DNA of 32,000 bases from Microcystis aeruginosa NIES-843 (GCF_000010625.1 NC_010296.1:1440001-1472000); one strand, 5' to 3'. Shown: positions 6,967 through 15,670, counted from the stretch's first letter. Translations and numbers: made by a program. Notes: generated by a model from the letters alone, not told the origin.

Positions 6967-8817
6967 ATGACTACAGCAGAAGACGTTTTGCAAGTTGCCC
7001 GCCGACAAATAGGTACAAAAGAAAGTCCTCCGGGTACGAATAGTAACAAATATGGCAAGTGGTACGGCATGGACCGCGCCCCTTGGTGTGCCATGTTTGT
7101 TTCCTACTGTTTTGATAATGCCGGTTTAACCTTCAAATTCCCAAAAGATTTAGGAACGAGCAAAGGATTTGCCTATTGTCCCTATGGGGTAAAGTGGTTT
7201 AAAGACCAAGGCCGATGGCACACGGAAAACCCCCGCCCCGGCGATGTCGTCTTCTATATGTTTAATAAAAGAGGAGGGGTATCTGACCATGTGGGTATTG
7301 TGGAGAAAGTGCTAGGAAATGGTCAAATTCAAGCTATTGAAGGCAATACCAGCACTTCCAGCAACGATAACGGCGGCACCGTCATGCGACGGACAAGAAC
7401 GAGAAATCAGATTCTCGGTTACGGACGACCAGATTATAATGGCACAGCGCACACTCAAGCGGGAGAAATTACCTCTTGGGATGGAGAATATATATTTCTG
7501 ACCAGTCCCCCGATGGAATCGGAAAGTATTCGTCTCTGGCAGAAGTGCATGAAAGAACGGGGCTATCCCATCGAAGTTGATGGCGAGTATGGACCGAATT
7601 CAGAGCGAATCTGCCGAGAATTCCAAGCAAAAATGAAATTAGAAGTGGATGGTGTTATCGGTCGAGACACTTGGAACGCCTCTTGGCGACAACCCAAGCA
7701 ATCTCAAGGCAATTTATCTGTTGACCAACCCGTTGATCGCGTTCGTTATCCCCTGCACCATCCCGTACAATTTAGTGGTAGTGCCAAAAATGGTGTAGTC
7801 AAAATTCAACTCTGCACCACTTGGGGTGGGGCAGAATTTCTCCTAGGCGGAAAAGTACCCGTTATTAATGGTCAATGGCGTTCCTCCTATCAATTTCAAA
7901 CGGGTGGTGATCGCAAAATTTTTATCGAGGGACTAGATAGCAACGATCAGGTTATTGACAGCACAGATGTGATCATTAATCTCGATCCCGATGGTAATAA
8001 CGATGTGGATACTGTCCGTATTACCAGTCCCAAAATTAATCAAGAATTAGATTTAGAATCGTCAGTCATATTTGAGGGGGTTGCCGAGGATCCTCTCATC
8101 CAGACGATTAAATTGAGAACTCCCTTTGCTAATAAAAATTTCTTTTTAGGAAAAGACATCCCCGTAGATAATGGGCGTTGGCAACACGAATTTAAATTCA
8201 GCACGGGAGGCACTCGCAAAATTGTTGCAGAAGGAATTGATGCCTCTGGTCGTCTAATCGATAGTGCCGCCATTGAAATTGTTCTCAAATCCAAAGAATC
8301 GGCATCTGTTGCTGGTGTAAGCGCTCCCAATTTGCGTCGGGTTGTTGGCATAGACAAAACCTCAATTTCCTTCCGCAATAAAGTTGTTGAAATTGCTAAA
8401 GAATTGGGAGTTGATCCTAATTACCTCATGGCCGCTATGAGTTTTGAAACTGGCGGTACTTTTAGCCCTGCTATCCGCAGTTTCTCCGGTAGTGGTGCCA
8501 CGGGATTAATTCAATTTATGAGACCCACAGCCCATTCTTTAGGAACAACTACCACTGCCTTAGCGAAAATGAGTCCAGAAGAACAACTCGATTATGTTAA
8601 AAAATACTTCTGGCCTTACAGAAATCGCCTTAAAACTTTAGAAGATGTCTATATGGCAATTCTCTATCCTGCCGCTATTGGCAAGGGGCCAAATCATGTG
8701 CTTTTCCGCCAAGGTACTATCAGTTATCAGCAAAATCGAGGGTTAGATGGTCCACCAGTAAAAGGATTTGTTACTGTGGGTGATGCCACCAAAAAAGTTA
8801 GTCAAAGATTTGTGTAA
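6967..8817 (+). CDS. Multidomain peptidoglycan hydrolase: CHAP, PG_binding_1, two beta-rich repeats, C-terminal SLT/lysozyme-like domain; no signal peptide
   Basis: CHAP: NKYGKWYG..APWCAMFVSY..DHVGIVEKV..IEGNT (aa 5-155). PG binding: IRLWQKCMKERGYPIEVDGEYGPNSERICREFQAKMKLEVDGVIGRDTW (aa 186-238). Internal repeats lie at aa 259-339 and 349-440. SLT-like: LMAAMSFETGGTF..GATGLIQFMRPTA (aa 468-585). The N-terminus MTTAEDVLQVARRQ is hydrophilic. Confidence 0.8.
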   Translation: MTTAEDVLQVARRQIGTKESPPGTNSNKYGKWYGMDRAPWCAMFVSYCFDNAGLTFKFPKDLGTSKGFAYCPYGVKWFKDQGRWHTENPRPGDVVFYMFNKRGGVSDHVGIVEKVLGNGQIQAIEGNTSTSSNDNGGTVMRRTRTRNQILGYGRPDYNGTAHTQAGEITSWDGEYIFLTSPPMESESIRLWQKCMKERGYPIEVDGEYGPNSERICREFQAKMKLEVDGVIGRDTWNASWRQPKQSQGNLSVDQPVDRVRYPLHHPVQFSGSAKNGVVKIQLCTTWGGAEFLLGGKVPVINGQWRSSYQFQTGGDRKIFIEGLDSNDQVIDSTDVIINLDPDGNNDVDTVRITSPKINQELDLESSVIFEGVAEDPLIQTIKLRTPFANKNFFLGKDIPVDNGRWQHEFKFSTGGTRKIVAEGIDASGRLIDSAAIEIVLKSKESASVAGVSAPNLRRVVGIDKTSISFRNKVVEIAKELGVDPNYLMAAMSFETGGTFSPAIRSFSGSGATGLIQFMRPTAHSLGTTTTALAKMSPEEQLDYVKKYFWPYRNRLKTLEDVYMAILYPAAIGKGPNHVLFRQGTISYQQNRGLDGPPVKGFVTVGDATKKVSQRFV

Positions 8818-8868
8818 GCAGTCTTAATTTCTATCCAACAAGAGAGATTTTCTCAGAAAATAGTAAAG

Positions 8869-8920
8869 GGTTAATCGAGATTTTCTATTGTCAACGGGCA
8901 GGTTTAAAGCTCGATTAACC
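8869..8920 (+). other. Perfect 11-bp stem hairpin between the hydrolase gene and the first small membrane-protein gene
   Basis: GGTTAATCGAG (8869-8879) / CTCGATTAACC (8910-8920) with a 30-nt loop. No T-run follows. The SD AGGAGG lies at 8931-8936. Confidence 0.4.
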
Positions 8921-8945
8921 GAGTCAATTCAGGAGGGTTTTACTC

Positions 8946-9611
8946 ATGAGCTATACGGGACAAATAACCTTAGAAAATTCCGATTTGCAGATTCCCTGTC
9001 TAAAAAATTTTCTAGATAAAATCGGAGATTTGATTAGTGGTCATCATCACAATAATGTCAACCTAAACCCAATAGAATCGGAGGTGATTACTGCCGATGA
9101 GGACGAAGAAGTTATGGAACCAGGTTGTGTAATTAACAATGATCATTCCGCTCAGGATTTATCTTTTTCTGGAGAGGAAGAATCTCAAGAAGAAGAATTG
9201 ATCGAATCGGGTGAGGATACTAAATTAGAAAACTCAGAGCCAGTTTCTGATTATGAAGAAGAGGAGGAAATCTGGGAACCAACCCCTGGTTCATCGGCAA
9301 AACTAATTACTACTCCTGTGGTAAACCCCGATGCAAAAATAGTGCAGTTACCACCGATAAATTCCTCAATTCCCCTTGATAATGAGGAAGATTTCTGGGA
9401 ACCAGCTGGTTTTTTTGAAGATGATCAACTTAATAATGCTCTCTCTCCCGTCAGATTAGGCAGTTTTACGGCACTCTTGGCAGCAATTATCTTGGGAGGA
9501 TTGACAGTTTTAGGTCATACTCAGGCAGCAGAAGCAGAGGCAACCTATGCTTTATTAGGGACGGCTTTTGGCTCCAAAATTGTTCAAAGAACCTCGAAAT
9601 CAGTCAACTAA
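8946..9611 (+). CDS. Hypothetical membrane protein, paralog 1 (acidic N-terminal region, one clear TM, C-terminal Gly-rich amphipathic segment)
   Basis: 221 aa with an AGGAGG SD. It has GFFEDDQLNNALSPVRLGSFTALLAAIILGGLTVLG and, near the C-terminus, ATYALLGTAFGSKIVQ. Both motifs are shared with the next ORF. Confidence 0.65.
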   Translation: MSYTGQITLENSDLQIPCLKNFLDKIGDLISGHHHNNVNLNPIESEVITADEDEEVMEPGCVINNDHSAQDLSFSGEEESQEEELIESGEDTKLENSEPVSDYEEEEEIWEPTPGSSAKLITTPVVNPDAKIVQLPPINSSIPLDNEEDFWEPAGFFEDDQLNNALSPVRLGSFTALLAAIILGGLTVLGHTQAAEAEATYALLGTAFGSKIVQRTSKSVN

Positions 9612-9661
9612 ATTCTTAGTTAATAATTCATCATTTTTACTCTAGACAGGAGAATTATATC

Positions 9662-10096
9662 ATGGTCGGTACGCCACAAGATACTAACATTGCAACAAAA
9701 CCGGTAGGATTTTTACAAGATGATCAGGGTAATAATTCATCTATGAGGTTGATGGCAATTATCTCTTTATGTTCAGCGATCGCCTTTAGCTGTGCAGTGT
9801 TTTGGCGCATCAATCAAAACTATACAGAAAAAGCCACAGAGCAAGGTAGATACCTTAAGTTAATCGAGCAAGAAGTCTCGAAAGACGCTCCTGATTTAGA
9901 GCGAATAATAAGCAGTGTGGAGCGACTTGACCAACTCAATCAAACAGAAAAAGGTGAAGAAGGAATGGCAATTATTTACGCTTTTCTGGGAGCAGCTTTT
10001 GGTGGGAAATTTGTTCAGAAATTTGCGGAAGCTACAGGGTCGCAATCTGCACCTACTAAACCTAAAACGATTGCTAATCCTGGCAGCAGTCCCTAA
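9662..10096 (+). CDS. Hypothetical membrane protein, paralog 2
   Basis: 144 aa with an AGGAG SD. It has VGFLQDDQGNNSSMRLMAIISLCSAIAFSCAVFW and AIIYAFLGAAFGGKFVQKF. Confidence 0.65.
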   Translation: MVGTPQDTNIATKPVGFLQDDQGNNSSMRLMAIISLCSAIAFSCAVFWRINQNYTEKATEQGRYLKLIEQEVSKDAPDLERIISSVERLDQLNQTEKGEEGMAIIYAFLGAAFGGKFVQKFAEATGSQSAPTKPKTIANPGSSP

Positions 10097-10159
10097 TTAG
10101 TTGGCTATAGACAGTAATTTTGATTTGATCTAGATTGATTGCTTTTGAGGTTTAGCATT

Positions 10160-10501
10160 ATGGGCAAATTTTACCCAGTGATGAATAGTATTTCCTTTCT
10201 GACAGCTATTATGTTTAGTCTTGTTTTAGTTGTGCAAATACCTCAAAAACGGGAAATGCAACAAGTCCAGCAGCAATCTTTCGAGAAATTACTGTCTCAA
10301 GTCAAAGAAAAGTATCCTGATCTGTCTGATTTATTGACAAAACTTCAACCCTATTCTACCCGTTTACCGGGCCCTTTTTCTCTGGATATTGTTTCTCCAG
10401 AGATTCAGATTATTGTGTCCTTTATCCTTGCTGGTTGTGGAGGTTATGGATTACAGTTTTTAGAGACAAAAATGATCTCAAAATCCACTACTATGGAATA
10501 A
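10160..10501 (+). CDS. Hypothetical membrane protein, paralog 3 (divergent)
   Basis: ATG 10160 is preceded by GAGG; the ORF track starts at TTG 10139. It has an N-terminal TM (ISFLTAIMFSLVLVV), a helical linker, and IIVSFILAGCGGYGLQFLE, which resembles the C-terminal motif of paralogs 1 and 2. Confidence 0.55.
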   Translation: MGKFYPVMNSISFLTAIMFSLVLVVQIPQKREMQQVQQQSFEKLLSQVKEKYPDLSDLLTKLQPYSTRLPGPFSLDIVSPEIQIIVSFILAGCGGYGLQFLETKMISKSTTME

Positions 10502-10675
10502 ATATTAAAAGCGATTGAGGCTAGTTATATCAGTTATCTAATAGTATAGTGAGGTAGGAAGTTTTTGTTTTGGGGGGCCAGTCGTCGATACCAAATTATA
10601 CTACGACATTTTAAAAGGGTTTTACCATTATTCAGCAAACCCTAATTAGGTAATACTTGGGGAAAAACCGAGATT

Positions 10676-11236
10676 TTACCCAGATTGAGCGGCTTCTAAC
10701 CATGATTGTAAACCTTTTTTAGTCGGTGTTCCTTTAGTGGTAAAAGTCCATAGATCTCGTTTATGTTGGGGTCCGTAGCTGATATGAATCGGGCGATTAA
10801 TTCCGTAAAAATAGAGAGAGTCAAAGGGTAATTTTTGGTTTAAAATCCAATCTATCAGGCGATCGCTAGTTAAATCGATAATCCGAAAATCACAGGCTGC
10901 CCCCAATCGCTGACAATAATATTGACCTTTTTGATTAATTTCGTGGGCGCAATGTTGATCACGACTGGGATCGATTCTACCGTTTTTTAAGCCAGTGATT
11001 GGGTCTTTTTTTTGGAGAAATTTTCTCAGATCATTGGAACAAAATCCATAGGTTAATTGAAATTTTTCTCGACCAAAATTATCAATAATTGGATCGATAA
11101 TAAAGTGAGCGAGATTTTGCCAAGCGGTTATCGTTGCGGGATTTTTTGGGTAGGGATCGATTTGTGCTGCGTACTTTTGATAGGTTTGGGAACAGGTAGA
11201 TAATTCTTCTAGGGTTAAATATTTACCAATTAACAT
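10676..11236 (-). CDS. Peptidase M15A/LAS-like (D-Ala-D-Ala carboxypeptidase-family fold) protein, divergent
   Basis: LTLEELSTCSQT..IDPYPKNP..NLAHFIIDPIIDNFG..QLTYGFCS..DQHC..GAACDF..IHISY follows the order of M15A motifs (FTLxEL, SGYR-like, SxH, GxAxD, final His) as I recall them. An extra insert is present. Confidence 0.5.
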   Translation of the reverse strand: MLIGKYLTLEELSTCSQTYQKYAAQIDPYPKNPATITAWQNLAHFIIDPIIDNFGREKFQLTYGFCSNDLRKFLQKKDPITGLKNGRIDPSRDQHCAHEINQKGQYYCQRLGAACDFRIIDLTSDRLIDWILNQKLPFDSLYFYGINRPIHISYGPQHKRDLWTFTTKGTPTKKGLQSWLEAAQSG

Positions 11237-11279
11237 AATCAGTTATCAGTTTTTAGCTAGATCCTATCACCCGATTTAG

Positions 11280-12242
11280 CTATTTTGCCAAAGCTGCTTT
11301 TTTGCGACCATAATAAACAGCGACAAAAGCGCTGACATACATCCATAAACTATAGACAATTGCGGGAATAGCCAGATCGGGATTCTTTAATAAACCGGCA
11401 GTGATGCCAATAGCTAAAGTGCCGCTTTGAATACCCACTTCAATCGCAATACAAATTCTTTGGGGAATAGTTAATTGAAATAAACGACCACTGAAAAAGC
11501 CAATTAGGGAAGCAATCGTGTTTAAAATAATCACTGCCAGGCCAGTTTGAGCGATAAATAAAGGTAAACGTTGCCATTCTCTCAGGATTAATAAGCAGAT
11601 AATAACTGCTAGAAAAATCACGGCTAAACGATTAGTTATCGGTTCGAGACTTGTCGCCAGTAAAGGGAAGTAATGGCGGATAGTCATACCCATAACCATG
11701 GGTAAAACTATAATCAAAAATATCTGCGCCATAGTGGAACCAATGGGTAGGGAGATGGCGGCACTTTCACCCATAAAATGCTGGAGAGTGAAACTAGCTA
11801 AAAAAGGTATTGTGAAAATGGTGATGATGCTGCTAAAAGCGGTTAAAGTAACAGAAAGAGCCACATCTCCCTTAGCTAAATATAGTCATTTCAGATAAGT
11901 CTGATACACTCTAGACCAGTTAAACCCTTATGAACTCTGGCATTGATATTCTCAATCTTAATTGAAATGACTATAGGTTAAAACATTGGAGGAAGGACCG
12001 CCGGGGCAAATGGCGACAATCATTAAACCGACGGCAATTTCTGGCCGGAGAGGCAAAAGAGAAGCAATAATAAAGCCGACGATCGGTAGAATAATAATTT
12101 GATTGACTAAACCGATCAGGACTGCTTTGGGATAACGGGTGATACGCTGAAAATCGGCGAGAATTAATCCCAATCCCATGCCTAACATTAAAACGCCTAG
12201 GCCAACGGGTAAGAGGATATTAGTAAAAAAGTCGGCTTGCAT
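11280..12242 (-). pseudogene. Bile acid:Na+ symporter (BASS/SBF) family transporter interrupted by a miniature insertion
   Basis: The N-terminal part (11958-12242) ends ..CPGGPSSNVLTY then SHFN-stop. The C-terminal part resumes LAKGDVALSVTLTAF.. (from about 11880), giving the canonical CPGG..SN..TYLAKGDVALSV junction once 11883-11975 is removed. Confidence 0.8.
11881..11975. mobile_element. MITE (about 93 bp) with 13-bp perfect terminal inverted repeats and TA target duplication
   Basis: TATAGTCATTTCA (11881-11893) and TGAAATGACTATA (11963-11975). Removing the element plus one TA restores ACC TAT TTA GCT (T-Y-L-A) in the host gene. Confidence 0.8.
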
Positions 12243-12305
12243 GGGATAAAAGCGGAGAAGATGAGCTTATTTTCCCATAAATTGACTGGTTTATTCGTGT
12301 CCCTA

Positions 12306-12412
12306 GTTACCGATTTTGCTGACTAAAAAACCCCCGGTGTGCAGGGGAGATTAAATTGTAGGAGAAATCCAAACCTTGGCGATTTTAGTCCAGTTTCCCT
12401 TCCCGCTCCGGG
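12306..12412. repeat. Dispersed repeat, copy 1 (uninterrupted)
   Basis: GTTACCGATTTTGCTGACTAAAAAACCCC..TTAAATTGTAGGAGAAATCCAA..ATTTTAGTCCAGTTTCCCTTCCCGCTCCGG. Its homolog is at 13456-13743. Confidence 0.75.
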
Positions 12413-12786
12413 ATGATATCCCCGTCCTACTTCAGTTGCTTGGTGGCAACCATGGGATCACAGCTAGGGAACTGCCGATGCGACTGCCACTTTCGACATC
12501 AGCAATGCCTAGGGAATGTTGCCGCAGGACTTCCATCAAAAATAACGAGGGCAAATTTTCCTTCTAAATCCCGCAGTCCTTGAATTCCTTTCTGTTGATA
12601 AATTGCTAGGGCGATCGAGGTGGTAGATTTTTGGTGAACGATAGGTGAGTTTTTGCGGTGCTTTCCCTTCTAGATCGAGGGACAGTTTTTTGTCATCTAA
12701 GTTGTGTGTAAACATAGCAACCCTCCAGATCTCTACAGTTCTATTGTACCTTTATCCCTGGTTCGAGTGCCGGGGACTGTAATAAT

Positions 12787-13056
12787 GTGTATTATTCGTC
12801 AGACAAGACTGAACCGTTGTTTGTTTTAAAGGTAGTCGCAAGTGTAAGCGGATTAATTTTCCTTAGCTTGTTGACCGATTCCCTCAGCACGATTACCGGT
12901 TTACTCTTTGCCTCTTTGTGCGATCAAGTTCGAGGATTTGTCTGGGGTAAAGTAATTGATAAAGTAGCTAATTTCCCCGATATCACTCTCTTTGATAATA
13001 CCGATGGATTGCCCTTAATTAAGTTAAGAGAAAAAGGGTTAAATTCTCTAGAATAA
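12787..13056 (+). CDS. Hypothetical protein (weakly supported, GTG start)
   Basis: 89-aa ORF with one hydrophobic stretch. I recognise no family and it sits in a repeat-rich intergenic zone. Confidence 0.2.
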   Translation: MYYSSDKTEPLFVLKVVASVSGLIFLSLLTDSLSTITGLLFASLCDQVRGFVWGKVIDKVANFPDITLFDNTDGLPLIKLREKGLNSLE

Positions 13057-13290
13057 TTATCCTGAGAATTGGTCATTTTTGAGGAACCGACAGCCTCCCC
13101 TGCTGCTAATGCAGAATAGGAAATCTATCAATAGTAATTAGGGTTTGCTGAATAAATCTAAAAACCTTGTTGGATAAGACTTTTGGACTTTTTTCCCCTC
13201 AAAAAGTGCCAGCCATTGCGGGGATCGGGGGAAAATTCAGGTACTTTTTCCCTGAAAATTAGGTAGTTGACCACCTGAAAATCGGTAAAA

Positions 13291-13360
13291 CCCCACACCC
13301 CACACCCCACACCCCACACCCTGCCCCTAGGAAAAGCTTTTTCAGCAAACCCTAATTAGT
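13291..13360. repeat. (CCCCACA)n heptamer tract plus a conserved ~40-bp flank; inverted partner at 15738-15812
   Basis: CCCCACA x4 then CCCTGCCCC (13291-13327), followed by TAGGAAAAGCTTTTTCAGCAAACCCTAATTAG. Confidence 0.9.
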
Positions 13361-13455
13361 CATCGATTAGCTCTTTGTCAAGGGGAACTGATGAGCAAAC
13401 GAGGACAATATCACCTTATGTTTACCCGTCAAGCTAATAGTTATCAATAACCTGA

Positions 13456-13743
13456 GTTCCCGATTTTGCCGAGTAAAAAACCCCAGTGTTCAACCGAGGT
13501 TAAATTGTAGGAGAAATCCAATCATGAGGATTAAACCTCTTGCATAATTAATTTTTGATGGTTCAAAAACGGCAAAAATAAGGATTAAATTGCATAAAAT
13601 TTGTAAATAGACCATTTAATTGATTATTATTCATTCTTAATTCTCCTGACTACTGACTACTGACTACTGACTCCTAACCCTAACAACAATTTTTGATTTT
13701 TACAAGAGGTCTATTTTAGTCCAGTTTCCCTCTCTCGCTCCGG
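13456..13743. repeat. Dispersed repeat, copy 2, split by a nested miniature element
   Basis: GTTCCCGATTTTGCCGAGTAAAAAACCCC..TTAAATTGTAGGAGAAATCCAA (13456-13521) and ATTTTAGTCCAGTTTCCCTCTCTCGCTCCGG (13713-13743) match copy 1. Confidence 0.75.
13535..13710. mobile_element. Candidate MITE (about 176 bp) nested in repeat copy 2
   Basis: Ends are ACCTCTTGCA (13535-13544) and TACAAGAGGT (13701-13710), 9/10 complementary. It is absent from copy 1 at the equivalent point. It contains (TGACTAC)x3 at 13647-13667. Confidence 0.55.
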
Positions 13744-13865
13744 AGTGAGAGAATAGTCATACTTAGTTTTTTTGTCCCGATCGAGAGTATTTTCTGAGAT
13801 AGATCATTGCCGATCTGGGGATAAAAAACCGTAATTTTGCCCGATATAACCTTTTATTTGCCCCT

Positions 13866-14339
13866 ATGACTGTCAAAATCGCTCTTAACCCCAATCAGAT
13901 TCAAAATCTGGATCTATCATCTTTAGAGACTATTATTCAAGATTATCGGTCCCGATCAGCGATCGCCGAACTGGAACAAGCTCTACAATTAGAGATAGAT
14001 TATCCTCGCGCGGAGGGTGATATGCGGGAATTATCGGAGATAGCGGAAGTTAGGCTGTGGTTTCTGCGTTTAGATGCGGTTTATCCCTGGCTAATTTTTA
14101 TTCTTGACCCAAAACAGGGAGAAATCGCCCGTTATGCTGCTATGTTGGTCCCCCATCAATTCCATCGCGGGGAAGGAATTCAATATAACCCCGAAGCTTT
14201 AGAGATTTTTGTGATGCAAAAACTCTTTATTTTGTCTGATTGGCTGAAAAGTCAGCAAATTCCTGCTTTATCTCGCTTAAAATTTTTCGCTCAACAGTTT
14301 GGTTACGATATCGACGAGGAATTTCTCTCTAGTCTCTAA
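13866..14339 (+). CDS. CRR6-family NdhI maturation factor-like protein (DUF1817)
   Basis: 157 aa. IQNLDLS.., DYPR..D.RELSEIAEVRLWFLRLDAVYPWL..LD.KQGEIARYAAMLVPHQF..GIQYNPEALEIF matches my recollection of cyanobacterial CRR6 homologs. Confidence 0.6.
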   Translation: MTVKIALNPNQIQNLDLSSLETIIQDYRSRSAIAELEQALQLEIDYPRAEGDMRELSEIAEVRLWFLRLDAVYPWLIFILDPKQGEIARYAAMLVPHQFHRGEGIQYNPEALEIFVMQKLFILSDWLKSQQIPALSRLKFFAQQFGYDIDEEFLSSL

Positions 14340-14433
14340 AAGCCTCCTGCGCTGACTAGATAAGGTATGTTTAATATATGACAAGCTACTGTCTCGCCCA
14401 ATTTAGCGCCACCAATACCCCTATCAGAGAATC

Positions 14434-15642
14434 ATGGATACAAAATCCTTTAAACGTACCCTACAGCAATCGGATAACTATAACCGCAAGGGATTCGGTC
14501 ATAAAGAGGAAGTAATGGATGCGATGACCAATGAGTATCAAAGCGACCTGATCCAAGAAATTCGTGAAAATAATTATCGTTTACAACGGGGGGACGTGAC
14601 GATCTATCTCGCTCAAGCTTTTGGTTTTTGTTGGGGGGTAGAACGCGCTGTCGCCATGGCCTACGAAACTCGTCAACATTTTCCCCAGGAACGTATCTGG
14701 ATTACTAACGAAATTATTCACAATCCCTCGGTTAATCAGCGTCTGCGCTCCATGGCCGTGGGTTTTATTCCGGTCGAAAATGGCCAAAAAGACTTTACTG
14801 TGGTGGAATCGGGGGATGTGGTGATTTTACCTGCTTTTGGGGCCAGTGTCTCGGAAATGCAAATACTTAACGATAAGGGTTGCATGATTGTGGACACCAC
14901 TTGTCCCTGGGTTTCTAAGGTGTGGAATTCCGTGGAAAAGCACAAAAAAAGCGACCACACTTCGATTATTCACGGCAAATATAATCACGAAGAAACGATC
15001 GCCACTAGCTCTTTTGCTGGCACTTATCTAATCGTTTTAAATTTGGATCAAGCTAATTATGTCGCTAATTATATTCTCCACGGTGGCGATAAAAATGAGT
15101 TCTTAGAGAAGTTTAAAAATGCCCATTCCCAGGGTTTCGATCCCGATCGCGATCTAGATTATATCGGTATTGCCAATCAAACCACGATGCTGAAAAGTGA
15201 AACGGAGGAAATTGGCAAACTCTTCGAGCATACTATGTTGAGAAAGTACGGACCGATCGATTTTAAAGATCATTTCATGAGTTTTAATACCATCTGTGAT
15301 GCCACTCAAGAGCGTCAAGATGCCATTTTTGAACTGGTGAAAGAACCGCTTTCTTTAATGGTGGTAATTGGCGGTTATAATTCCTCTAATACCACTCACC
15401 TACAGGAAATAGCGATCGAGCGTGCCATTCCCTCCTATCATATCGATAGTGCCGAGCGCATTCTCCCCGGTAATCGCATCGAACATAAACCTTTAGGGGA
15501 CGATTTAATTATCACTGATAACTGGTTAAATGAGGGAAAAATTGTCGTCGGAGTGACTTCTGGCGCTTCCACTCCTGATAAGGTGGTAGAAGAGGTAATC
15601 GAGAAAATTTTTGCGTTCAAATCTTCTTTAGTCCCCGGTTAA
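14434..15642 (+). CDS. ispH: 4-hydroxy-3-methylbut-2-enyl diphosphate reductase (IspH/LytB)
   Basis: 402 aa. It has the cyanobacterial N-terminal extension, then [35 protein letters not shown] and [11 protein letters not shown]. Confidence 0.93.
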   Translation: MDTKSFKRTLQQSDNYNRKGFGHKEEVMDAMTNEYQSDLIQEIRENNYRLQRGDVTIYLAQAFGFCWGVERAVAMAYETRQHFPQERIWITNEIIHNPSVNQRLRSMAVGFIPVENGQKDFTVVESGDVVILPAFGASVSEMQILNDKGCMIVDTTCPWVSKVWNSVEKHKKSDHTSIIHGKYNHEETIATSSFAGTYLIVLNLDQANYVANYILHGGDKNEFLEKFKNAHSQGFDPDRDLDYIGIANQTTMLKSETEEIGKLFEHTMLRKYGPIDFKDHFMSFNTICDATQERQDAIFELVKEPLSLMVVIGGYNSSNTTHLQEIAIERAIPSYHIDSAERILPGNRIEHKPLGDDLIITDNWLNEGKIVVGVTSGASTPDKVVEEVIEKIFAFKSSLVPG

Positions 15643-15670
15643 GTAGCCTAGGTGTTAGCCTTTGGCAACG

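Noticed and set aside
12376-12567. 63-aa plus-strand ORF
   Set aside because: It starts inside a dispersed repeat, has no SD, and lies opposite a probable gene remnant.
12755-12780. GGTTCGAGTGCCGGGG resembling a tRNA T-loop
   Set aside because: The flanks do not pair, and no cloverleaf can be drawn.
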